Source of the DNA: a virus
Length of the DNA stretch: 64,000 nucleotides
IMG/VR virus record: IMGVR_UViG_3300028394_000001
Location: 96,001-160,000 of that record
Strand: one strand, 5' to 3'
Shown here: positions 26,034 through 35,151 of the stretch, in pieces
Position numbering within the stretch: the first letter of the stretch is position 1
Layout: every line of letters begins with the position of its first letter
The notes under the pieces: generated by a model
Seen by the model: only the letters and a program-made list of their open reading frames with translations
Told to the model about the DNA's origin: nothing
The model's database searches: none
Made by a program: the position numbers and the translations under genes

Positions 26034-26057
26034 ACCCCGCCTAGTGCGGGGTTTTTT
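26034..26057 (+). terminator. intrinsic terminator between convergent blocks
   Basis: ACCCCGC-ctagt-GCGGGGT followed by a T-run. Confidence 0.85.
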
Positions 26058-27834
26058 ATGCCATCGCAATAGGTGGTCCACTAAATCTACGATTAGCTTT
26101 AAGTATTGCTACTAGAGTTTCATTTGTTGTTCGGACAGGAGTTGACACAGCAAAATCAATGCCGCCGGTGCCAGTTTTTACAACATTCTTACTTGCATCA
26201 ATTATAGTAGGCTTTGTACTTCCACCACTATCATTTAAATTTAAACTAGCATAAAGATTTTGATTTTGTAAAAAACTTTGAGCCGCTCTACTGGCTGCCG
26301 GCATTGTTGGAGAAAAACTACTTTTACCACTTTGATTTGGTACTAAGTTTAAGTCTGTTCCAGCAGGTTTATCTACACTTCTTAGAGGCATACTTTCACC
26401 AATAGGAGGTGGAAGACCTACTGTACCACTGGCCGACCCAAACTCGCGGGTTGCTGTTGTCGCACCACCACTAGAATTAGATGTACCTATTGTTGATGTA
26501 CGAGAACCACTCCTATCAACTGCGACAGCTGTAGAACCTGGTGATTGTGCAGTTACTGGTCTCACAGAAACTGATGATGTATCTGGTTGGCTTGACATTT
26601 GATTTGCCTCTGCGCCGCCCGGAGCAATCTGAACCTGTGTCGGATCAGGTGGTCCTGCATTAGTAATGACCGGTACAGGCGCCGGTGGTGCAACATATTT
26701 TGGACTTCTTGGATTTGTGTTAGGAACAACTAAATTTTCACCTACACCACCAGAAAGAATAACCAATTTTCCAGCTCTATTTGTAACTTCACCTTGAAAT
26801 TGAGCCCTTTGATTACCCTGCGTTCTCGCTAACCAATCTGTCACTTGTTGTAAATTTTGAACAGATAACTCTTGCTTTTTTTCTGCTTCAGTAAAAAGAG
26901 GATTAGTCATTATTGATTCGACTAAATCTCTAGGTTTTTGTTTTCCTATTTTTTGAGCGTTTAATGCTCCAGCTTCAGTATTATTGGAAGCTTCACCCCT
27001 CTGAATCATTGCGTATGGATCACTTAAATACTCCGCTTTGTAAGGATTAATCCTTACAGCGGCTTGACGTTCTTCAACTTCTCTTGTTGTTACCACTACT
27101 GCGCCAATGGCTGCTGCACCTAAAAAAGTTAAAGGATTTGCTAAAGCTAATGATGCAATACTTCGCAAGGTGCTCAAGTCTTTACCCATGGCAATCGATT
27201 TTATCATCGTTTTCAAAAATTTTAATAAAGGTTTTAGTTTTAGAAATACCGCGGCCAACATTTTTTTGACTATTTCAATTATTCTTTCCAGGAATCCTTT
27301 ACCTTTATCTTGTTTAGTTGCAGTACCTCCACCTAAATGACCAAGTGCATCAATCAATTCTTTATGTCTTAATTCTCTTTCAAATTCTCGTTCTTCTTCA
27401 AAATTTGCAGTAATTTCATTCTGCTTCTTTTCATCCAATATTTGTTTTTTTAACAAATTGAAAATACGAGCCATAATGGTAGAAAGACCTTCACCTCTCC
27501 TTACTGGCCTGTTTTCGCCGTCAGATACTTTTGAAATTAATGGATTGTTTTTAATTGCTGTTATAGCCGAATTTCTTTTGCCGGTAAAGTAATCAATGTC
27601 TTCCTGACTTCTGCCTGCAATTTTACCATAAGCATATGCACCTAATCTTCCTCCAATTGCTCTAGAGATATTCATTGGATCAAATTTCTCTTTGAGGCCT
27701 GTTAGTTTGGCTTTAGTCTTATCTTTTATTGAACTGGAAATAGATTTACCAAAACCTTGGCCATCTAAAGTTCTATCGATAATTAGAGTTTTGAGGCTTT
27801 GATTTCTTATTCCTCTTGCTGATCTGTAGTCCAT
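26056..27834 (-). CDS. tape-measure/hub-like virion protein B
   Basis: Position after gp26/51; helical N-half, hydrophobic segments, P/S/T-rich C-half; shares a motif with 27850..30786. Confidence 0.55.
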   Translation of the reverse strand: MDYRSARGIRNQSLKTLIIDRTLDGQGFGKSISSSIKDKTKAKLTGLKEKFDPMNISRAIGGRLGAYAYGKIAGRSQEDIDYFTGKRNSAITAIKNNPLISKVSDGENRPVRRGEGLSTIMARIFNLLKKQILDEKKQNEITANFEEEREFERELRHKELIDALGHLGGGTATKQDKGKGFLERIIEIVKKMLAAVFLKLKPLLKFLKTMIKSIAMGKDLSTLRSIASLALANPLTFLGAAAIGAVVVTTREVEERQAAVRINPYKAEYLSDPYAMIQRGEASNNTEAGALNAQKIGKQKPRDLVESIMTNPLFTEAEKKQELSVQNLQQVTDWLARTQGNQRAQFQGEVTNRAGKLVILSGGVGENLVVPNTNPRSPKYVAPPAPVPVITNAGPPDPTQVQIAPGGAEANQMSSQPDTSSVSVRPVTAQSPGSTAVAVDRSGSRTSTIGTSNSSGGATTATREFGSASGTVGLPPPIGESMPLRSVDKPAGTDLNLVPNQSGKSSFSPTMPAASRAAQSFLQNQNLYASLNLNDSGGSTKPTIIDASKNVVKTGTGGIDFAVSTPVRTTNETLVAILKANRRFSGPPIAMA

Positions 27835-27849
27835 TTTTATTCTCTTTGG

Positions 27850-30786
27850 TTAAGCATACGCATAGTATACATTGTGGTCAGGATCGGTTGGTATTGAAAT
27901 GGTTTCTCTCTTGTTTGATCCTATTATAGTTGTACTATTATTTACAAAGATAATAGATGCCATATTTTTACTTTTCTTCATCGATGAATTTAACGATGAC
28001 ATTTGATTTAAAGCCAAACCATCTAAAATATTTTCCGAATTTAAACTAGAACTTCTGCGTGGTGTTTGTTGTATTATTATTTTATCTTTTCTATCTTTTG
28101 TTTCTTGTTCAGATAAATCTTTTAATGTTTGTAAAGGAATAAGTTTTCTTGATAAATATCCCAATTCATTTTTATATTCACCTATAGTTTTTGGAAAATT
28201 TTCATCATTATTCTTATAAACAAGGTAATGGTTTGCTCTAATTTCAGCAGGTGTAAGAAAGTCTTTTAAAAGCTTATCATCTTCACCTTCATCAAATGCT
28301 TTTTTTATTGCCTTAGCATAAGTTATTCCGTTAAAGTGAGCCAGTCTTAGAGTTAATTCGGAAATGCTGGATCCTAAATTTTTAGCATTTTCAATCGTAT
28401 GTTCATTCATCAACAATTCTTGGACATCTTCAGAATATACTGTGTCCATGTAATTTGGTCCTAAAACATCTCTAGCTCTAAATAAAAGTGTATCTGGCAT
28501 GAATTGATATTTACCCATGGCTGAGCCAGCACCTTTTGCATTGAAGTATCTACTTCTACTTTTTTGTAGTTCATTAACTTCTCGTATTGTCATGTCAGTT
28601 AAGTCTTTTTCAAAATTAACTCTTTTTTCCCAAACCAATTTTCCTTTAGGATATTTTTTATAATTATCAGGATCTGTTCTTTTATCAAATGTTATTAATT
28701 TTAATTTTGAACCAGGATCACTTATGTCACCCTCACCTTTTTTAATTATACTTGTAAGAATAGGTTCTTGGGAATTTTCATTAGACCACACAAAACGGTC
28801 TTTTGAAGCTTGATTTGCACCTAAATATTCATCGGGAACTTTAGCGGATTCACCTCTTGAGATATTGGCTTTTGCTGCTTTTAATACATCTGAAGACTGT
28901 TCTTCAACTCTAGGAACAGGCACTGCGGTTTGTTCTCTTGGTGGAATTGGTGTAACAGTAACAGGTCTCGCTGGTTGAGGCCTTGGTGCTACCGGCGCAG
29001 GTTCAGGAACAGGTTGCGCTGTTACTGGTTGACCATGACGATTCTTTAATGACTCATCATTGGATGCACTTCTTTCAGCTATTTTTTGTTCTTCTTGGCG
29101 TTTTCTTTCAGCTGCAGCTTCAGTGACTTGACGCCTCCTCTCAATTTCAGCCTCACGAGCAGCTTCAAAATCTTGGCGTCTTCTCTCAGCCAAAGCCGCC
29201 GCTTCATCATCTTTACGTTTTTTCTCAGTTTCAGCTGCTATACGAGCTTTTTCAGCTTCAATAGCTGCAGTTTCTTCTCTCTGTCTTCTATCATCATCTT
29301 CTTTTTGTTTTCTTCTTCGAGCAACCTCAGCTGCATTTTGTTCCGTTTGTTGCCTTTGATTGTCTTCTCTTTGCTTTCTTTCCGTTTCTTCCCTCTGTCT
29401 TTTTTCATCATCTTGACGTTTTTTGTCAGCTTCTTCTTTTTGTTTTATTTCTTGTAAACGACGAGCTTCAGCTTTTGCAGATTCAGCTGCAGCTTGTTCT
29501 CTTTGTTGCCTTATTTGATTTTCTGCGGCCGCACGTTTTTCTTCTTCTGCTCGAGCAGCATCACTCTCTCTTTCTTTTTGTCTACTTTCAGACTTAGCTT
29601 TTTCTCTGTTTCTTTCATCTTCAGCGGCTTTTTCTTCTTTCAACTTTCTTTCTTGTCTTGCTTTATCTTCTATTTCCCTTTGTCGTTCAGCTTCAGCGTT
29701 GGTTCTTTGTATTCTTCTTTCTTCAACAATAGCCTCCGATTTAGCATCAGCTTCATTTTTTAGCCTTAATCTATCAGCTTCTCTTTGTTTTTCTTCTTGT
29801 TCAGCTCGTCTTCTTTCAACATCTTCTCTTGCTTTTTTTTCTTTTTCTTGTTCAGCTTTTAAACGTATCCTTTCTTCAAACGCTGCGCTTTGTCTTTCCA
29901 ATTCATCTTGTTCTTTTTGTGCTTGTTCTCTGTTAGGTGGTGTTGGAGAAGGTGCTGGTGGCGGTGCTGGAGGAGGTGTTGGAGTTGTTTGAGCAGCTGC
30001 GGCACCAGCCATACCAAGTGCAGCTGCACCTAAACCTAATGCAAGTATTAACTCTTTTGCACCTTTAGAAACAATATCATCATCTTTTTCATTTGATTTA
30101 ACATTTTTATTTCCACCAGTATGGCTTAATGCCTCCATCAATTCTTTATGTCTTCTTTTTTCATTCTCTAGCTTGGTGTCACCAAAGTTTTCCTTTAAAT
30201 CTTTGATTAATTTTTTTTCTGCTATATCATTTTTTAGAATAGAATAGATTTTAGCAGCCACGGTGGCTGGGCCATCACCCTTACGCAGTTTAGGCCTTGT
30301 AGATAATCCAACCTTAGTATATAACTCTGCATTAACTTTAGATGTTATTGATTTAGCTGTATTTGTTTTATTACCCAAAAACATCTTATTCATTCTTTTG
30401 GGAGCAAACTTCTTAGCTATTTTGTTAGATTTATTAGACATTGGTCCTATGTTTGGACCTTCATTGTCTTGTTCATCGTCCTGTTCTTCAGGTTTTTCTT
30501 TTTTTACATAACGACCAGTTTTTGGATCACGAGCACGACCTTGTTCAGCAAGAATCTTTTGAATTAAGGGAACAAGTATATGCTCTCTATAACCAGGTTG
30601 TTTAGATAATTCCAGTTGCCTTTTCTTTAGCTCACTCTTTGACATTTTTTTACCGAGGTCAACAAGTTGGTCTACCTGTTTTTTAGACAAATTTCCAACA
30701 CTCAACAATTCGTTGATTTTATTTTCGTTGAACATCTGCTCAAATTCTCCCGATTTAAGCATACTGTCGAAGACTTTTTGTTCCAT
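27850..30786 (-). CDS. tape-measure-like protein A with a charged helical rod and a lysozyme-like domain
   Basis: ~290-aa E/R/K/Q/A rod; MTIREV..LQ...SAMGKYQFMPDTL muramidase-like motif. Confidence 0.6.
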   Translation of the reverse strand: MEQKVFDSMLKSGEFEQMFNENKINELLSVGNLSKKQVDQLVDLGKKMSKSELKKRQLELSKQPGYREHILVPLIQKILAEQGRARDPKTGRYVKKEKPEEQDDEQDNEGPNIGPMSNKSNKIAKKFAPKRMNKMFLGNKTNTAKSITSKVNAELYTKVGLSTRPKLRKGDGPATVAAKIYSILKNDIAEKKLIKDLKENFGDTKLENEKRRHKELMEALSHTGGNKNVKSNEKDDDIVSKGAKELILALGLGAAALGMAGAAAAQTTPTPPPAPPPAPSPTPPNREQAQKEQDELERQSAAFEERIRLKAEQEKEKKAREDVERRRAEQEEKQREADRLRLKNEADAKSEAIVEERRIQRTNAEAERQREIEDKARQERKLKEEKAAEDERNREKAKSESRQKERESDAARAEEEKRAAAENQIRQQREQAAAESAKAEARRLQEIKQKEEADKKRQDDEKRQREETERKQREDNQRQQTEQNAAEVARRRKQKEDDDRRQREETAAIEAEKARIAAETEKKRKDDEAAALAERRRQDFEAAREAEIERRRQVTEAAAERKRQEEQKIAERSASNDESLKNRHGQPVTAQPVPEPAPVAPRPQPARPVTVTPIPPREQTAVPVPRVEEQSSDVLKAAKANISRGESAKVPDEYLGANQASKDRFVWSNENSQEPILTSIIKKGEGDISDPGSKLKLITFDKRTDPDNYKKYPKGKLVWEKRVNFEKDLTDMTIREVNELQKSRSRYFNAKGAGSAMGKYQFMPDTLLFRARDVLGPNYMDTVYSEDVQELLMNEHTIENAKNLGSSISELTLRLAHFNGITYAKAIKKAFDEGEDDKLLKDFLTPAEIRANHYLVYKNNDENFPKTIGEYKNELGYLSRKLIPLQTLKDLSEQETKDRKDKIIIQQTPRRSSSLNSENILDGLALNQMSSLNSSMKKSKNMASIIFVNNSTTIIGSNKRETISIPTDPDHNVYYAYA

Positions 30787-30788
30787 TT

Positions 30789-30977
30789 TTATTTCTTAGT
30801 TGCGTTTCGTTGTTTTATTTTCTCATTTTCTTCTTCAATATATTGTGTAAGCAAAGTAATATAAATGTCTCTTTCCCAAGGTAACATGGTTTCTAGTTCG
30901 GTTAGACTGTATTTGTGATGCTGCATCAATGCAAAATTGGTTGTATAATAATTTCGCAGAGTATCATGCCGCATCAC
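30789..30977 (-). CDS. 51: gp51-like baseplate hub assembly protein (probably the -1 frame extension of gp26)
   Basis: NYY.TNFALMQHHKYSLTELE.M.PWERDIY. Confidence 0.85.
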   Translation of the reverse strand: MMRHDTLRNYYTTNFALMQHHKYSLTELETMLPWERDIYITLLTQYIEEENEKIKQRNATKK

Positions 30978-31702
30978 TACCCGAAAAAATTTTCAAGGCC
31001 CTCCACATCAATGGTATGATGGAAACCACATTTCTTACAGTCCATTTCAATCTTCTTATTCAATACAGGAAGATTGTCAAAAAAGTCTTCAATTCTTGAA
31101 AACTGTTCTTGATTCAAAGATTCAATAAATTCAACCATTTCTTCTTTTGAACTTTCATTTGCATAATAGAATTGTTCACCGTCAAAAATGTATTCAACAC
31201 TATTGACAATCATTTCAAAAGCCATATCGGTAGAACTTTGTGTGTCCTTCACTAAATCGAGTGCAGAAAACTTTGGATAAGATAGTTTAATCATAATCTT
31301 ATCTGTAAGTTGAATTTCAGATTTACTTTCTTGTGTTTCAGTAATTTGAATATCTAATAAGTTTATACTAACTTCCATCAAATTACCACAAGCTTTTTCT
31401 TCTACTATGTTCTCGCAGCGGTATTTGTTTTCTACTACTTCACCGACGGATCGTGCTCGCAGTTGGATAAAGTAGTATTCAATATCAATGATTGGTAAAT
31501 TATCAATATCAATGTTCTCTGTCAGGGTACAATTGTGTAGAACTTGCTTAATGTTCTTTTCAATTGTTTCTCTTTCATTTGCCTCCATAGCCATCATTAG
31601 GTTCCTCTGTTCTTTCACTAAGAAAGGACGGAAGCGCACCAGTTTCTTGCTCATAGGTAAAGTCAATTCAAAGATTGGTGAATCTATTTTAGGTAAAGCC
31701 AT
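30977..31702 (-). CDS. 26: gp26-like baseplate hub assembly protein
   Basis: MALPKI..P...RPFLVKE...RARSVGE...C..C...EGLENFF. Confidence 0.9.
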   Translation of the reverse strand: MALPKIDSPIFELTLPMSKKLVRFRPFLVKEQRNLMMAMEANERETIEKNIKQVLHNCTLTENIDIDNLPIIDIEYYFIQLRARSVGEVVENKYRCENIVEEKACGNLMEVSINLLDIQITETQESKSEIQLTDKIMIKLSYPKFSALDLVKDTQSSTDMAFEMIVNSVEYIFDGEQFYYANESSKEEMVEFIESLNQEQFSRIEDFFDNLPVLNKKIEMDCKKCGFHHTIDVEGLENFFG

Positions 31703-31732
31703 AGTTTATTTCCTTTTCATTAATTATATAAG

Positions 31733-32320
31733 TTAACGGGTTCTCCAGCGAGTGAAAGCGAAAGTTACATTTAATTTGTGGTAACCATCATTTGACCAAT
31801 CTAAATCTAGTTGGTTGACTGAAATTGGAAAAGCATCTAATAATTCACAGGTAAAAACTCTTTGACCGGAATTTGAAATTTGGTTAATTTTTATGTCACT
31901 AACATAATCTTTTTTATATCTAAAATCGTAAGAATCTACTGGATTAATCCAATTCATCCATTCATCAAATAATCTTTTTTCTTTTAGGCCAAATTCTTCG
32001 AAGCTCGGCAGATTTCGTTTCATGTTGGGAATGAGTCTAGAATCCTCTGTAATAATAAAAGTCATATCAACATCATTATATGTGGTGTGATATGCATGTT
32101 TTTCAGCCGGGTTAGATCCAAATTTTTGTTCTGTGGTTGCAAATGTTCTTCCTGGTATATTTGTAGATTCACATTTGAAATTTAATTTTAAATTATCTAA
32201 CACAGAATCATTTTTTTGCAAATATGTACTAAATCCAACAGGAAGGATAATTCCAACATCAAAAAGTTTAGGTCTTGCGACATCTTTAATATTGTATAAA
32301 AAGTCGGTTATTGATGCCAT
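31733..32320 (-). CDS. 54: gp54-like tail tube initiator
   Basis: ARPKLF, CEST.IPGR, F.EW...I, AFPISV..LDL.W, L.VTF.F; true start ATG 32320. Confidence 0.8.
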   Translation of the reverse strand: MASITDFLYNIKDVARPKLFDVGIILPVGFSTYLQKNDSVLDNLKLNFKCESTNIPGRTFATTEQKFGSNPAEKHAYHTTYNDVDMTFIITEDSRLIPNMKRNLPSFEEFGLKEKRLFDEWMNWINPVDSYDFRYKKDYVSDIKINQISNSGQRVFTCELLDAFPISVNQLDLDWSNDGYHKLNVTFAFTRWRTR

Positions 32321-32321
32321 T

Positions 32322-32945
32322 TTATTCTTCTTCCTGATTAAAGTGTGCCATATGGTCTTTGTAATGTTGCATAGAATCTTTCCACACTGTAGAGGTTCTA
32401 GCCCCCTTAAATTGTTGTAGAGGTAACATCGATGCCACATCCCATTCGTTTGGTTGAACCATTAGTAATTTAGACCTAAGGCGACCAAATAGGTATCTTT
32501 TTAACATTGGTTTGAACTCCGCATATCTCTTGGCAGAGTTTAGAATCTCATAGGATATACGCAGGCGTTTAATATCATCTTCTGGTGTCAGTTGTGCAAA
32601 CTTCATCAATTTGGATAGAAATAACATCCTGAACTTTACCGGCAGATAATGCAGGTTTAATCCTAGGAAACCATCACTATACTTCTCTAACACCAAAACT
32701 ACCGGAAATTTATCCCAATATGGTAAATCTGCCTTTGTTTTTGGATCATAGAAAAAACAATACATCATTCCTACTCTGAATTGATTAGCTTTTCTAAAAG
32801 TCTCACCCCTAATGGCCGCAGATATTTTATCTGGTCTTTTGATTTCGACAATCTTTTCTCTTAACCAAGCGATAGAATCCCTCGACATGGTCTTATGACC
32901 TGCCTGTTTCTTTTCTTCTGCCAATGTTGTTAATTTAGATTCCAT
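32322..32945 (-). CDS. 2: DNA end protector gp2
   Basis: YDPKTKADLPYWDKFP...GFLGLNLHYLP...KRYL. Confidence 0.9.
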   Translation of the reverse strand: MESKLTTLAEEKKQAGHKTMSRDSIAWLREKIVEIKRPDKISAAIRGETFRKANQFRVGMMYCFFYDPKTKADLPYWDKFPVVLVLEKYSDGFLGLNLHYLPVKFRMLFLSKLMKFAQLTPEDDIKRLRISYEILNSAKRYAEFKPMLKRYLFGRLRSKLLMVQPNEWDVASMLPLQQFKGARTSTVWKDSMQHYKDHMAHFNQEEE

Positions 32946-32956
32946 GTACTATTTAG

Positions 32957-33391
32957 TTAGAGGCCTAAATGGTCTTCCGTTATCACCATAAATTCCCAAC
33001 CTCGATCCAGTGCATATTCTGTTGCGGCTTTCCATTTAGCTTGATTTACACCCCATGTCATAACTTCTTGAATGTACTGCTTTGTGACCTTTTTCTTTTT
33101 TTCAGGTTCAATAGATTGTTTTTTTGGTTTAACTTCAATGATAATCGTCTTTAGTTTATTATCTTTTGTCTTAGATTTAACTATGAAATCCGGAAAATAC
33201 CTGTGTTTTCTGCCATCCACCGGTGATATATAAGGGATAATAAGTTCTTCTGAAGCCCATGAGACAATATTTGGGTTTGAATCTAACCAATACATCACCT
33301 TACACTCCCAAGAAGAGCGATAAATAATATTGGTGTAATCACCCACATACTTCTGTGGATATTTGGGGATAAATTTGCCTGAGTATGCCAT
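32957..33391 (-). CDS. 4: head completion nuclease gp4
   Basis: Y.GKF.P..P.KY.GD...YRSSWE...W.SEE...HRYFPDF...EVKP...NQAKWKAA. Confidence 0.95.
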   Translation of the reverse strand: MAYSGKFIPKYPQKYVGDYTNIIYRSSWECKVMYWLDSNPNIVSWASEELIIPYISPVDGRKHRYFPDFIVKSKTKDNKLKTIIIEVKPKKQSIEPEKKKKVTKQYIQEVMTWGVNQAKWKAATEYALDRGWEFMVITEDHLGL

Positions 33392-33423
33392 AAATAGTAT
33401 GTATATTCTTTTTAGGAAAATAA

Positions 33424-34491
33424 ATGGCAGAAGTAATTATAGCGCCGGCATCGACACCAAGCACTAAAGGTAGTGGTCCATTGGCCGTTTTAAAAGACGC
33501 TAACGGGAGAGGCGGCGCCAAAACAATCAATTATCCATTAAAGTTGGGTGATAAAAATTTAAACCATTATGTGATATTTTTTATTAAAGACATTGCATCA
33601 CAAGATTTCGATAAAAAATTACAAGCACAAATTAGTTCAGCTTCAAATGCTTACAATAACATCACTAGAGAAGCTCAATTGAAAGAAACAGAAATACCAG
33701 ATCCAATGACATTAGGCCAAAGTGATTTTGGTACATCTATTCGAGCTGTAACTGAAAACTTGTCAATACAGCACAACAGACAAGAAGCTAAAGCATATAT
33801 CGGTTTATATATGCCAGATTCTTTGAAAGATTCCTATCAATCCGACTATGCTTCAATTAGTATAAGGGATGAATTGGGTTCAACATTGGGTGCAATAAGA
33901 ACAGCCGCGTCAGTAGCTGATACAATTAAAACATCAGGTGAACCCTTTGCTCAAGCCATAGCATCCGATCCAGCAGCCATAAAATTTACAATTGATACTT
34001 TTGTTAACGCTCTGGGTGGTGGAGGTGGAATAGGTGAAGCTTTATTGCAAGCTCAAGGATATACATCGAATCCACAATTACAGATGATTTATAGGGGATC
34101 ACATTTTAGACAATTTTCTTTGGAATTTTTATTTACACCCACATCAGCTCCCGAAGCGGAAGTAGTAAGGGAAATTATATATTTGTTCAAATTTTTTGCA
34201 GCACCTACATTAAGTGTAGGTCAAAAAGCAAAAGGTGCTATGTTTTTAACTCCACCCAGTCTTTTTGAAATTAAATTCATGAATGGTAAGTATGAAAACA
34301 TAAATCTGCCAAAATATACAGATTGTGTGTTAGAAGATGTTTCTGTGGATTATGCACCTAATGGTTTTGCTGCACATAGTGATGGTGCTCCAGTACAAAC
34401 ACATCTAACATTGACATTCCAAGAGGTTGAAATATTAGATAGAGATAGATTGACATCTGGTTTTGAAGGCAAAGATGGGGGATTAAGATAA
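33424..34491 (+). CDS. 48: baseplate tail-tube cap gp48
   Basis: YP..L, LYMP, NP.LQMIY.G..FR.F...F.F.P.S..EA, L.LTFQE.EIL. Confidence 0.85.
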   Translation: MAEVIIAPASTPSTKGSGPLAVLKDANGRGGAKTINYPLKLGDKNLNHYVIFFIKDIASQDFDKKLQAQISSASNAYNNITREAQLKETEIPDPMTLGQSDFGTSIRAVTENLSIQHNRQEAKAYIGLYMPDSLKDSYQSDYASISIRDELGSTLGAIRTAASVADTIKTSGEPFAQAIASDPAAIKFTIDTFVNALGGGGGIGEALLQAQGYTSNPQLQMIYRGSHFRQFSLEFLFTPTSAPEAEVVREIIYLFKFFAAPTLSVGQKAKGAMFLTPPSLFEIKFMNGKYENINLPKYTDCVLEDVSVDYAPNGFAAHSDGAPVQTHLTLTFQEVEILDRDRLTSGFEGKDGGLR

Positions 34492-35150
34492 TGAACTATT
34501 TTGAAACTTTACCTAAAGTAACAACCATTGATTATAATGGAAATAATATATTAATGACAAATCTGATGGTTAGGTCTGAAATCCTACCTAGTTTATTGAA
34601 AAATCCTTTGTTATTTTATTCTTATGATATACAAGATGGTGATTCACCTGAAATAATTGCAACCAAATACTATGATAATCCTTATCGTTATTGGATTGTT
34701 CTGTTTGCAAATCAAATGATTGACCCACAATGGGATTGGCCGATGAATTCTAGTGTATTCGGTAGTTATATTAAAAATAAATATACTTCAGATTGTGCGA
34801 CATTTTATAATGTTTCAGAAAGTTCAGTAACTTCTGCTCAAATTTTATCATATACACAAGGCCAGATAAAATATTATGTTAAATCAATTTCAACCCTAGA
34901 CAATAGCACAAACAAAAAAAATATATTGAATTACCGAATTGATTTCGATGAATATCAATCCACTCAAGAGAATACTATAGTAAAAACTTTTACAACTGGT
35001 GCTCAGGTAACACAAACGGTTAGTAAGTATACAGAATCATATTATGATTATGAAATGAATTTAAATGAGTCTCGAAGGTCAATTTATTTGGTGAACGCAA
35101 TATATGTTTCAGAATTTGAATTGCAGTTTTATAATTTAATGAAGATGTGA
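34491..35150 (+). CDS. 53: baseplate wedge gp53 (LysM-like)
   Basis: YF..LP...Y.IQDGD.PEIIA.KYY...YWIVL..N...DP..DWP. Confidence 0.9.
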   Translation: MNYFETLPKVTTIDYNGNNILMTNLMVRSEILPSLLKNPLLFYSYDIQDGDSPEIIATKYYDNPYRYWIVLFANQMIDPQWDWPMNSSVFGSYIKNKYTSDCATFYNVSESSVTSAQILSYTQGQIKYYVKSISTLDNSTNKKNILNYRIDFDEYQSTQENTIVKTFTTGAQVTQTVSKYTESYYDYEMNLNESRRSIYLVNAIYVSEFELQFYNLMKM

Positions 35151-35151
35151 T

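Noticed and set aside
29086-30511. Plus-strand F/S/L-rich ORFs
   Set aside because: Antisense shadows of the E/K/R-rich minus-strand gene
32320-32440. 40-aa N-terminal extension of gp54
   Set aside because: Overlaps gp2 out of frame; ATG 32320 follows the gp2 stop and an SD-like AGGAAG
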